A DNA stretch of 64,000 bases, from the NCBI GenBank assembly GCA_002633005.1, contig NMRA01000307.1:457361-521360 (forward strand), given 5' to 3'. Numbering within the stretch: the stretch's first letter is position 1; every line of letters starts with the position of its first letter. Made by a program: the position numbers and the translations under genes. Positions 26,076-40,000 of the stretch are shown piece by piece. This DNA comes from Phoronis australis (lineage: Eukaryota > Animalia > Phoronida). The notes below the pieces were generated by a model. It searched no databases and was not told the origin of the DNA. It saw nothing but the letters and a program-made list of their open reading frames with translations.

Positions 26076-29000
26076 TCGTGAAGGGTACTTATGAGTTTTA
26101 AGTGTTCAAGTATTCAGTTATGGATCTGCGATAGACAAAAGTGCACGTTGTCTTCACGTGATCTGAAGTTCGTGTTAATTCGCCATGTCATGGGTATGAT
26201 ATTTGCTGTGTTGCGGGACTATAAAATTCCAGACAATGAAAATGTTTTTGGGACAATGCAAACGGAGGTACGAGCTCAGCTTCCAGTCATAGTCAATTAG
26301 CTGAGCACACAGCTCACGTCAATGTTTTACAGAGTGTGACGTCAACTGACTGAACTAGCTGCTACTCATTGATTACGCTTTGAGTCAGCTTTGCGCCCGC
26401 TAACTTTCACTTAACTGAGGCAGCCGTCAGTGAGTTCGACACTCCGTTTGCGTATAACTGGCAGCAATAAGATTACGTCGTTATCAACCGTGTGTTGGAC
26501 CAAGTAAGTTAAAAAGACCAGCTTTTCTTCACAGGCAATTTTGCTTTTTTAATGCAACAACGTTCTCTTTTTTTGCTTAACTGAAATTGGATACAATAAT
26601 TCGCATAGAATTTCTCTGACTGCCAAACTGCTTTGGCCTCGCGAGCGACGAAACTAAAGCGATAACAAGCAAGTCGGACTGATATGACGCAATAACGACC
26701 TATCCGAACTTCTGAAGCCTTAAGATCATTTCCAATCCAAAATTAGACACAACCGTAGGTGGTGGCCTAAATGAAAAGTTGGTTCTTGACAAAAGGTTAG
26801 AACTATAATGAATTACATTGTGTCACATGAAATAAAAAAGTTACTTACAACAATGTTGCTTAATTCCCAAACTGTGTGGTTGACTCTGATCAATGACGAC
26901 TTCGCTCGCCGCAATGACAGCCCGGAGCATTGTTGAGTGTGAGATTCTACCTCGATGGTTCGAGTTCTGACACGGTTCGCATGCATGCAGGGAAACTGCC
27001 AGAACGCGTGCGAGCAAGAGAATAATGACGTCACGAATAATAAGTAGACCACGGAGAAACCTAAAATACGAGCGGTTGAGAATATACATACATATAAACA
27101 AACAAACAAACAAACAAACATACACCCAAATTTGCATCACTATCCTTGATTATTGAAACATTGCATAGAAATTAATAACGAACTAACTTGTTCGGGTTAT
27201 CGGCGCGAAATTCAGAAATAAGGACAGTTTGAAGGAGTACGCTGACAAACGTTTAAGTTTATCAACAAGTGCCTCATAAATCTATTAGTTAATATTGATA
27301 TACTTTTGTTAAAGCCAGAACTGAGGCACCCAACCTAAGACTGTCAACGTGCTGTAGACTGGGCAACAAATGTATACAAAAAACAAGTGGGCCTTCGGTC
27401 AAATGATCTAGGCACTCATAAACTAGAATCACATGCCATTTTGATATTAATAACAAATGCAGAAGTTTCACTAAGTGGTCTTAGCGGACATAAAGAAGCG
27501 AACACTTAATTTAGGCCACTTACCGCTGTAGTATTGATCTCGTCACGTTCTCGACTTATTCAGGTGACAAGCATTTGTGAGTTTGCAAAGAACTGACACT
27601 TCACGCCACTTACTTGGTGCATAAAAAGCCGCACCAATACAGCCTTTTAAAATCACATCCAATTTCACTAAGAAACAATTTGACATCAATTTCATACCGG
27701 TTAAGTGAATTAAATCATAATTTGTTTTTTATAGGCGCTTTATGTATCTCGAATAAGTTTTCTGTTCACTTTATGAAAAGATGCTCGTGTTCTATGTAAG
27801 GAGCCTTAGTAAATATAACTGAAGACCCAAATTAGCAGCGGATATAAATTAAAGTACAAACAAACAACACTGTCAGCACTTACCTTTCATAGTACTACGT
27901 CTCGGGAGATAAAATCAGTTTCGGAGACACTATCACTTGAAAACTTTTTCTTAATTAATGAAAGATAAATAACATTCGCAATTTATACTAAATGGTGGGA
28001 ATAGAAACATCAATACAGTATTTCCTAGGTGGTGAATTTCCTGGTGCATCCCGTATTATGGAGTTCACACCATGCCTAATTAATAGACATTGGTCAATTC
28101 GTGTTCCCCATAACAGAACATATTTAGACAGATAATTAATTATTCAGGCGAGTCACGACTCATCAAGTCACTTATGTTTTTCGTACGTCAGCCAATCCTG
28201 GCTGAAGATGATACTTTCTATTTTAGTGATGAGCAACATATCAGCTTTAACATCGGACGGTATCAGATGACAAGAATTTGTATTGTTGTAAATCAGTCAG
28301 CTTGAATGCTTTTACAATAGAGTTGATCACGACTGTGAAACAACGATGGCTCTGTGAAAAGAAAGATGTCCCCGTTGAAAGAAATCGAGATAGTAAAATT
28401 TCCCGACTAAATTACATTGATTTTCTCGGACGAACAAGGTGCGTAGGGGACTACTATTGGTGCAATAAAACCATGAAACACAAAGAGCCTAAGGGGGAGA
28501 CATCCTTCCTCAGCCTACTCTAAAGTGAGTCAGGGTCAAGGGGGGAAAGTATTAAGGCGACAAAAATATGGAAAAGCCTATTGCTCGTTACAAAATAAGA
28601 TTATCTTAAATTTTTAGCGGGAGTGAAAAGAATTTTAAGAGTTATTAACTTGAAAGAAGGAAACGAAAAAAAAAAACACGAAGAAAAGGTGTGGAGGTAA
28701 ACAGAGTCAGGTGACGGAAAGAACCACGAATCAATTGTTAATCCAGTAAGCACCGAGTTACAGGTAGTCTTCAGTTTTTATTTTACCTGGAAATTTCAGG
28801 AGATAATATTGATTCATTTTATAGTCAAATAATTGATATTATTAATCTGGAAAACCTGTTGTCCAGTATTCTTTTTGGATATACTCTATATTTTGAGTAG
28901 GCACCTCCAAAATTTGCAAAGAACACACTTTAAAACAAACTTAAATTGCCATTTATTGCAGTCACGTGTCAACGAATGGAATGACTAACATACGTTTCCC

Positions 29001-30526
29001 GGCCGTTGTTTTCACTACTGAAGAGTCTTCATGGACTTTGAAGAACCGTGACTTGTATTATTACGTCAACCATTTCATACGAATGCCGCATACCCACTAC
29101 CAGAACACGGCTTCAATTGCTTCGGGGTGTGTCGCTTGAAAAAAATGGTGTCGAGTAGTGAAGTTCTCACGAAAGTCGGTTTTTGTAACTGTTTGAAATA
29201 AGGGAAAAGATTCAAGGAATGGCACAAATTAACGTATTCATAGTGTACATTGTGAAAGATGTCTATCAGTTTTACCATCCTGGTTATCCTATCAGTGATT
29301 TCTAGGAAATTCGTTCGTATGTGTGTGTATGCGTGCGTGCGTGTGTGTGAGTGCGTGCGTGTCCATTCTTTTCTCGTTTGGTGTAGACACTTTTATAGTC
29401 CAAGGGCCACCACACTAAAATGAAAAGCTACAGCACACATGTGTGTCTCAAGCGAAAATTTCCTCACGCTAATGCTCCTTACACACGAGGCAAAATGCTT
29501 GTAAATTACCTTCGCAGTAATCAGCAGTTTAAGTGAGCCAGCAAGCATTTGATATCAGGTGATCTAAAATAATTTTCATTAGCTACCGAAAGTAATGGGC
29601 TAAGTTCTCATATAGTAGATTACCTCGCCCACATGCAGTGAGCTCTTTGTCGGGGTAGTGACAGATTACCTTGCAAGTTTATTAAGAATCAGTTTGTGGT
29701 TAGGAAAAGCAACCTCTTGTAAATAAACTTTGACTAATTATGGCAATTAAAGCTTGAAAAAAACTGTCAAATACTTTTGGCACGAACATAGCCTAAGTTT
29801 GGCAAATTTCTGACTAAGTATATTTTGAAACCTCTGCATTCAAAAACATACAATGTAGGTGGCGCTGAAACCGTCTTGGTAAATAGATTATTACAATATT
29901 TGCTACGATATCATCATATCAACACTACTGATTTAAGTGTGGACCAAAGCAAATTACCATATCAAGGATGGCTTCAATAATACTTCTTTAGGAGTGACAT
30001 AGAACCCTGCACGTCTGATGCTGGACAAAAGACAAGGATGCTTAAGGTTACTAGGAGCCTGGAAAAAAGTCCTTATTTGGCCAACTTCAGAACTTCATAT
30101 ATCAGAAATGGCTGGTCAGCTTCATACAGTGTGATGCAATGCTTTATAAACTGTTCTTCAAAACGCTGGTAGGAATTGTTTTTAAAATGTTCTACTTTTG
30201 CATAAGGGACTATCAAAAATGGGACTTTAATACTTTGATGGTTTCCACCAAAAAATTCTTCCGCAAAAAGAAAACGAAACTATTTCTTAGCAAACCGCGA
30301 CAACAGCGTTTTGAGACCTCAAATTGGAACATTTAGAACAAATAAAATTTGACCAGGTTATTGATTCCATTGTTTTGGTATAAATGCACATTTTTTTTGC
30401 TAAATTTTACTTTGACCAGATGTTCACTGACCTACAGGTTGGTAAAAACTTAAAAATCTAATTCTTCAAGCTTTCTACTTCAGAAAATATGTAATTTTAC
30501 TGACAGTTATAACCGAATAGCTTTCT

Positions 30527-30720
30527 AGATATTTGGGTCAATATACAGTTTTGTAGATATTTGGCTCAATATACAGATTTGCAGATATTTGGCTCAATAT
30601 ACAGATTTGGAGAGATTTGGCTCAATATGCAAACTTGTAGACATTTGGCTCAGTGTGAAGATTTGTAGACATATGGCTCAATATGCAGATTTGAAGACAT
30701 TTGGCTAAATATGCAAATTT
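30527..30720. repeat. ~28-bp tandem repeat, ~7 copies
   Basis: Unit agatatttggctcaatatacagatttgc. Confidence 0.9.
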
Positions 30721-31024
30721 GTTTTGAGCAAAAATTTTGAGACAACAGTGCAGCCTAAAGACAATCATTTTTTTACACCAAGGCAGTAGATAACGGTGCC
30801 ACAGCCTTCCAACGTCATGCTGTACCAGTGTCATCATCAATCTTTGTGATGTTCCGTCGTTTACAATGCCCCTCCAGCCTAACTGCTCAGGCCAACCGTC
30901 CCCCTCCCCTCAAACCCATAACTACCCCACAGAACACAATGTAATCAAAAGAGAGAAGTACAGCAAGAATGCTTCATATTCAACTTATTAGCACAAGACA
31001 ATATTCACAGTGTTACCATGACAA

Positions 31025-34000
31025 TCATGAAGGAATCATGCCTTTCATTCGTTTCCTGTCAGCCATATTTTTTCTATTGTGATTGGCACGGCTAGATTTA
31101 TGTTTCTCCTTAAAGTCTCTGTTCTTTAAAACATTTGCTTCCTGCCCTTTTCCTTTTGGCTTTCCCTTTACGTCATACTTCTGTGTTGCCTTGACTTTCT
31201 GTTCATTCACAACATGGCGTTGCTCTCTATTTCTGACACTTCTCTGCTGATCTGCCGACTGACTGGTGGTGACACCTACAGGTTTAGGTGGACTTGAGTC
31301 AGAGCTGGTTTCATCGGAATTTGCCTATGACAAAAATGCATAAACGAATTACAGAACTTCACAAGCTAAAAGAAATAGATTGCATTTTGTAGCAAACCAA
31401 GAGTATGCCAGGAGTAGTTACCTTGACAACCACTGCAGTCACCACTAGGGTAAGAAATCTGGGACAAGCAGAAATTCATTACCACAGCCGCAGCTGTTTT
31501 TACATACTTGCACACGTAATAAAGCATCCTTTCATTATCACAGTGATATTGACAAAAAAAACAAAAAAAACACTGGATGTGCCAGACAAAATTTCATAAC
31601 CTGTACTTAACATGACATCATGTCTTCTCAAGTAGGGACCATTGTTTCATGACTGTCACCTAGTAGATTTTGAGGCCTCACATACTGAATCCTATGTGGC
31701 AGCACAAAGACTAGGCGTATCTCACTAATTGAAAGAAACATCATAATCCATAAAGCAGGCAATCATTAGTCCCTGAAGAACCATTCTGTTGGCTACATCC
31801 TACAACCAGTAGTTAAACCTGAAAAGCTTTGAATTCTGTCTCCCCAGGCTCAAATGTAAGACAAGCTGCAATACATGCTGATGTTCTCGTCCATTGACCA
31901 ATAAGAGAGGATATAGTAAAGCTGTATTTCGCCCTGTTTACCTTGCTAAAATGAAAATCGAATGAGGCCTTTTACTCTCATGAAATTAGTGTCATTGCCC
32001 TGATAGGATTCTATTTCTGTTTCCAACTCAAGTCACAGGCAATGCATACACACGCCATTTCCCAATTCACAATTTTAGGGTTAACCATCATCAACAAACT
32101 CTGAAGCGTTTTCTTGTTGGTCACGGAAATGGAATCCTATCACAGTAAGGAATATTACAAGACCGATTTTTGGAGAGTACAGAGCCATATCCAATTTTTG
32201 TTATTTAGCTAGCTAAAGAGGGTGGAATGAAGTTTTAACAGATACACAAAATTAGCCACTAAACAATAACATGTCAGTAAAATCCCTCTAGAAACTACTG
32301 ATCACATTTGACACAATACTGAAAATATGGGCGTGTCATCTTGGTTTTATTAATTAGTAGCAAAGAAAAAAGGAATGAAAATAATCATTTCCTTTCCTGG
32401 TTACCTTTTTGTATGTATCATTGAGTAAAAGTATCACACGTTTCTAATAAACACTGTGGGTCATTCTGGGCTAGTGAAGACTTCTCGACTGTTTTCACAC
32501 CCCCAAAAAATGGTGGGTCCACTGGACCCCTGGCCCAGTACTGTATAATGAAGAGCAAACGTCCCTTCTTTTTCTGAACATTTCAAAAACTACTTTTAAT
32601 GTCAGAAAAAATATCAATTTAAATTTCCTCAAAAGGTCACAAATGGCTCCATATGGTTCAAAGTAGGAGAGATCAGACAGTGAGATCACATTGTGTATGT
32701 GGATGAAAACCTGTACAGTAAACAGTTAACTACACTACAGTACAGGTCAAGTGTTGAACAGTGTTGACTAATGTCAAAGCCAACTGTCCACAAAAATACC
32801 ATCACCAGTCCTTAAACAAAACAAGAATTCCAGGCTCTCGAATAGTTTTCATGTGCATACAGACATGTTACAGTGGACATTCTGGCACAGAAAAATGTCC
32901 TTTTTCATTTATTCACATCTGGCCCATTTGTAAGCAGAGACACATGGCAGCATTTCTCCAGTTATTGATAAGTCAGAATGCAGAATTCTGACATGCATAC
33001 AGAACGAAGCGTGGATGCAGATAGTTTAACTAAGATACAGGAATATACATCTGACCCTGTCATCCCTCTACTAAGAGTGTTTGTGTTTTAGGCACAAGCC
33101 TTGTGCTCACAGGCCCAGGACACTGTTCAGTGAGTGGCATTGTTGTGTTTCAGGTGAGCGCATGTATGCGTTCAACAAGCCTGCAGCAGGAAACATCTTA
33201 CCTCTTCATCATCATCAATCTGAGGAACCCCACCAAGAGCACGTGGGATAGTGAAGGGTCTGAAACACAAGTTATCACAACAGTAAGACTAAGGGACTTT
33301 GCCATGAGAGCTTTAGTTTCAACAGTTTAAAGGTTGGAATAGAGAGATTACCTGAGATTAAACTGAAACGGTGAAAATTTGGATGTAATTTAATTTAGAC
33401 TCATAACAGATGAGGGAAATTTTACGACCCGATTTTAAAGTGTAACTATCCTAGTTTTGATTTTGGGGAGAAACTTTAGAAGGAAAGATGGCTTGATCAA
33501 GATTGAAAAATTTAATGACAACAGATCACAGCCTAAAAACAAATTCAATGCTCTTAATTCCCGGTTACATGTCAGACGAGAGCCAAATATCAATAGGAGA
33601 CAATCAGTATCATGCACAGAAGGGCTCCAGTGGTCATTGTTATGCGGACTTGGCAAGGAGTATTCATTCTTGCAATCAGTGACACCACACTGATAACAAT
33701 GGAACCACACCCACCTGCGGAGAGTCAGTTCATCCGCCGAGTCAGCATCATCGGCACCAACTTCATGACCATCATATGTGTCATCATACTCGTCATCATA
33801 CATTGCACCATCATGGTAACTAATGGCGTCCACCAGCTGGTACATGTCATACAGTGGCGCCAACTGTGCCCTGTCACTTTTATCATCAAGGGTCTGTTGT
33901 GATGTCTTCTCCCTGTATAAAAGACAATGTTATTTGGTTTTAAACGCACAAAACTCATTTAAATACAGGACCTGAAGTTACACTTTCATATATTTGTAAA

Positions 34001-37000
34001 AAAAAAAATTAAAAATGGAATTAATAGCAGATCGACCTTAACCTGTTCACATAACCAACCTTTCTGAATGGCTGTGATTTCCTTTGGTACACAAAGTTAT
34101 GATAACCAAATTTCAAAATTTAAACTCCTGCAGTTGGAGTGATGTTACCAAATACATTACTGCTGCGTATGCTGATTAAAAGATGCACAAAACCGATTGA
34201 ACCAAATCCTACTTTTTCCCTTGAATGACTCTTGACATGTCGATATCCGAATGAGAGAAGACGTCAAAGGCATCGTGGTCATAAATGTTTGCCCTCTGAG
34301 AGACAAGGCTCGTGTCCTCTTTGCAAGTTCGCTCTCTACAACAATGAGTACATGCTACAAAATATTGACAACAAAGGAGCATCTCGGATGGAGGGTAGAC
34401 TCAAATAGGACCAAGAATGAATGTTGAGCAAGATGTCTTATTAAAAGACTCAGTCTGTTATTGTTGCCATTTTAAACCTTCTTCATTGCTGTATATAGTG
34501 TGACTAGTAGATATTCTGCTAATATAGTGCATGAGGTTCCTTGTGTAATTGAGCTGAAGTATGGTAAAACTTCAATTCAGACAAAAAATGGCAAAATATA
34601 TTTTTTTTTAATTTTCAAAGGCCACCAACATCATTGTTGTGAATGTCTGCGATACACTGTTTAAAGGCAACTGTGCTAAAAAACTTAGTAAAAGTAAAAA
34701 TTAAAATTCATCTTTAATGTCCCTTAAAGTGCAAACTGTGTCCTAACTTGGTAAGATTTTACCATACAAATATGGATCACCATCATCTCACAATCACCCA
34801 CACATCTCACACACACCCACACACCTCACCATTGCATTTCTTGCATCAAACACATACCTGGGCAATGAACGGTCAACGTCTTGTAATATCTCAGGGTAGT
34901 TGCCCTCCAAGATCATGTTGATGACCTCTTCTGTTTTATAGTTAGTATGTTCCAAACACATCTACAATCAAATAAGAGACAAACATCAATTTGCAAGAGC
35001 CAGTGTGGCGTAGTGTGTCGAGTGTCTGCTTCCTGTTCATAAGTAGGAGGCAGTGTGGCCTAGTGTGTCGAGTGTCTGCTTCCAGTTCACAAGTGGGAGA
35101 CAGTGTGGCCTAGTGTGTCGAGTGTCTGCTTCCTGTTCACAAGTAGGAGGAAGTGTGGCATAGTGTGTCGAGTGTCTGCCTCCTGTTCAAAAGTAAGAGG
35201 CAGTGTGGCTTACTGTGTCCAGTGTTTGCCTCCTGTTCACAAGTAGGAGGCAGTGTGGCCTAGTGTGTCAATTGTCTGCCTCCTATTAACAAGTACGTTT
35301 GAATTCATGTTTATATGAGTTAGTGTGTTAATAAGTAAACGAAAAATGGTTTCAGGTGTATGGTGTATTGGGTCTGGCTGAGTGGCCTGCGTGTAGATGT
35401 ATCAGATCATCTACACTACTTTTTTAACATCAATTCACAATGAGAGATTACCTCCTGCCACTGAGGTTGCGCTTTGTTTTCCATTTGCTATAACTGTAAA
35501 AACAGGGGAGATAAGCGCGATACCAACACGCAGGTGTGCTCAGCTCTGTCTCTCTTGAAAAAATACCTTTTATTGGAAGTGTGTGAAGACCGTTTGGTAC
35601 CTGTGTGTGGAACAAGTCGTGGCTGGATTGTATATCATCTGAATTGATTCAGGAGATAAAGCAGAAGCTGGCTGTGAAGAACAATTGTTTTCAGTCTGGA
35701 CTGGACCAAGAAGTGGCACATCAAAATCCCTTGGCAGGTGATTATATAACACCAAGGGAAGTGTAAAGAGAAGCCTACAGAAAAGCTGCTGGTTAACAAA
35801 CAATAGTCTAACAATAAGTGTACATGATTGTACAATGTAAGTCATCAATCAGCCATGGCAACGGGCATGGTTACCAACTTTGATGAATGCCTGGAACAAC
35901 TTGAGAGAAAACTCAACACTTCAATAAGACAGGCCATTAAAGAGGAACTCCAATATTTTAAACAAGACATGGTTGCTTTACAACAAGAAAATATTATAGA
36001 TGTTGAAAGAAAAGATCAATTCACTAGTCTAAGAGCAGTATTCGCGTTCGACTTCAGTTTGGGTATATAGGTTAGATGAGAATGATGAAGAAAACTGTGA
36101 ACAGTTGGTGTTGGAATTTTGTAAAAATATCTTGGAAGGTGATGTTATTGACATAGATTTATAATTAGACAAAAAGCACAGAGTCGGAAAGAAGGATAGT
36201 AGAAGAACAACCAGACATTCATCGGCATTGATTAAACCATGCCCAACCATCGTCAAATTTATGTCATATAAAACCAAGTTGAATGTGTTACGCAACAAGA
36301 GGAAAACCAAAAAAATGGAACATTCATTTTGGAAGACCTTTACGACAAACTATTCCTTGTCGAAACAATCCTTCAAGCATGAGCAAGTGGGCAGCTTGTG
36401 GAGCACCAACGGCAAAATATTCGTAAAGCTAAGGACAGAACCATCAGGGGAATTAATTCCACAGACGACATATAAATTAGTTACTGCCCGCGACATTGTC
36501 GTGTGACAAATGATCCGAACCCAAGCATGCTTTCTGGAGATTGATTGACGATCATATGAAACTGAACTTTTTTGTTTCTTTATTGTTTGTTTACCCCTTC
36601 CTTCTGTTGTGAATGGTAAGTGTGTGTGAATGACAAGTAATCACTATTATTTAGGACTGTTATCACTTATGTATATTTTGTATTGCTTCCCTTGTAGTTA
36701 GGCATTGAGGTTCTCTATTGTTTTTAAGATGAATAATTTAGAACTGGTATCCTTAAATGTCCAGGGATTAAATTCAGATGTTAAATGAAAACACTTAATA
36801 TTCAATTTCATATCACGTAGCAAATTGTTTAGTTACAGGAAACGTATTTTAGTCCAGAAACTGAACCTATTCTGGAAAAAGAGTGGAATGGTCTTAATTA
36901 CCACCTGTCAATGAGTTTGCACTTTGTCTTCCATTTCCTGTCACTGTAAAAACAGTTTGTTACTCATAACTATTTTCATTTTCACAATTTTATAAAATGT

Positions 37001-40000
37001 CTAAATTTTTGGCAGGGGAGGTCGAAATTAACATTGTAAAAGTGAAAATAAAAAGAAGTCAAAATCAACCACGCTTTATTTATTTTTTCTTCACATTATC
37101 AAATAAATGATGAAACTACCAAAAACATCCCAACATTCTGAGCGTACCCTTTCAAGATGCAGAGGAACCCGAGCAGTTTAAGTCAATTGCAGGGATCCCA
37201 CATTTTAAGAACCATTTTTTCCACTGACCAGACCAGACCAGACCACTGAATAAGCGCCATCAAACTCTTTCTCAAAATCTGGGATCCCCTGTAAGTGACA
37301 ATCGCCTGGGAACAGTGTTCTAACCGTTAGGTACACCACCCGTTTTATGAAAATGTCATTGACTTAGGAATATTTTCTAAATGTTTGTTTATATCATTGG
37401 TTTAACACACTAGACATTTTCACTACCAACAAGAAAATGGGGCAAGGGCTAATTGCTAGATTTTGGGGGAAATTGCGACTGCGAATCACGCACAGTGTAG
37501 CTTGAATAGAGTGCTGTGCATTCTTACAACCAACGCAAATGCAATGCTTCAAGCTCAGCTGTGAGCCACACCATTGTTACTCACACACACAAAATTAAAA
37601 TGCTCACTGACCTGTAAACTATGTTCATAGTAAAGAGTGCAAGTGTACGGCTGTGAAAGCTAAGTTGCTGTGCTAATGACTTTGGAATGAGGCTTAGACC
37701 ATGCTGACAACTGAACTCAAAGACTATGATACAGTGAACAAGATCGCATGTCATCGCCAAAAGGGTTTCTATAGTATCCTTTGAGTTTAGCTAGCAGCAT
37801 GTTCTGCACCTTGTTCCTAAGTGTAAATTGTTATTACACGACTACCATGAATGAACGAGAGATTTGTAGTTGTAAGGTGATGCAATAATTAATTTTTATT
37901 GGCTACTGATTGTAATCACCTATTAGCAACCTTGCCCACATGCCATGGAGATTTATGCTAACAACGTAAAAGAAATTCAATGAGACATCCCCCTTACCGC
38001 CTCATGTGCGAAAATCCTCGCGATTCATTTTGCCGCAGACATGAGCAGTGAGATGAGCCATTTTCATTTGAGACTACGAGTTCTCTGTCTGCGCTGTCCC
38101 TGAGTTAATTCCTAAGTTTGTACTGTATGATGTTGTTATTCCAGTGACACGTCAGAAGATCCCATAAGTTTGTGACTGCATCCCCACACACAACAATACA
38201 GAGTACTCGTGCAACTTTTTGAAGATGCATTTTTAGGATGAAACCCTATCAAGTCACTTGCAAACGTGCGAAAGAAAAAGGACTTTACTGCTGTCCTTTT
38301 TTCTGATACCAACTTATGCTAAACGTAGAGCTCACATGATAACATAATTATGTGCCATTTAAATTCTTTCGTGATAACATGCAACGAAAATAAAATAACT
38401 TTTCGAATTTCAATTGTTGAGCTTAAAGTTCGTGACAAAGCTGTGGATTAATTTATTTATTTGTAAACAACATTCCGAATGCACAATATAATCCTTGGCA
38501 TGTTTTATTGTTATCTTACCTCTATGAAGCCTTCACCAATGTCTGGCAGAAGATCTTTTACAGATGAGATTAATGAGTCCAGCTCAACATCCGATACTTT
38601 AGCAGAGCTGGCTGCTGCTCCATCCTACAGAGGGCAGTAGTATATGCATCACACAGTTTATGAAATATGCATAGGAGTATATACGCCACAACAAAACATG
38701 TCAGTAACAGTTATCACCAAAATTTGATGTCTTATAAAATGAAAACAAGATAATCATGTTTTTAAACTTCCCTCACTGGATATTTTGAGACCTGTATCTC
38801 TGTTTTTTTGCTTTTATTCATGACAACCACTTAAAATATGCAAAGCCTAGCACATAATTCAACAAACAAGGCACCCAAACTAGGTAATAACATAAACAAT
38901 ACTACCTGTAATAAATATTACCTGTAATAAATACTACCTGTAATAAATAGTACCTGCAATAAATACTACCCGTGAAAAACACTACCTGTAATAAGTAACA
39001 AATACTGGCATTCTAAATACAAAATATCAAAGCCCTAGACAGTGTTATTCCTGGTACAAGATATAAAAATACAACAGCTACAGTTATCACAAGTCTAAAA
39101 AAAATCCGTGGACACGGATAAGTCACAACCTAAATCATCATCCTCTTTCCAAATATTTCAATCAACCCACCAGACCAGAGTAGATGTCCACGTTCTGTCC
39201 ATCAGAAACAGACTGGACATCCCTGTCGGCTATGTCTGCACTACGCGCACTGGTCGATGGCTGGTTGTTAGGTGACGACTGGTTGGACTGAGCAGATATG
39301 GTAGGCTTCAGAGTGTTATAAGTAGAGAAAGCATCTAACACACCATCCTCTATAAACTGGAGTCGGGCGGCATCACTGAATGATGCAGTCAAGGAAAGGG
39401 TGGGTTTTTAAACATTGACATATTGAAGGTCTTATGAATTGTGTAGCACCTCAACCAGGAGAAGAGACCGATAGTGTTATGTGAACAGCTAGATACTAGT
39501 ATCAACAGGATTATTGATTATAAAGTAATGCATAATTTACACCACTCACTGACTGGTCCCAAATTAATCCTGACTCAAATAACTCAGAAATGGCCGATTC
39601 TATTCACATGAAATTTTCAAATAAGAAGTAATTTCAAGGCTTAGGAACAACTGATAGAACATTATTGGTTGAGACCAGCTTCAATAAAAATTTTTTGACA
39701 CTGGCCACAAGCAAGCCCCTTCCTTCAGTTTAAATAGGATACATTTCGTATTGGCTCTGCGTCAATATACTTCTGTCATCCTCAAATGGAAACATGCTTT
39801 GGTATTTAGCAAGGAATCTGCAACAATCAATTTCACTTTAGTTCACAACAGACGACAAGCTCCTTTAAGGCTATGTAGGACCCTAGAAAATGTTCAAATA
39901 TGGCCAACTTCGGAACAAAATAACTATTTATTGCATTCCAGGCCTCTTTAATACCGTAAACTCGCGGGTTAACACCCATGTCCGGGTAATCACCCATCCC

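Noticed and set aside
27800-29300. Scattered minus-strand splice donors and short ORFs suggesting another protein gene
   Set aside because: I could not join them into an open frame and recognised no homology; a non-coding transcript is not excluded.
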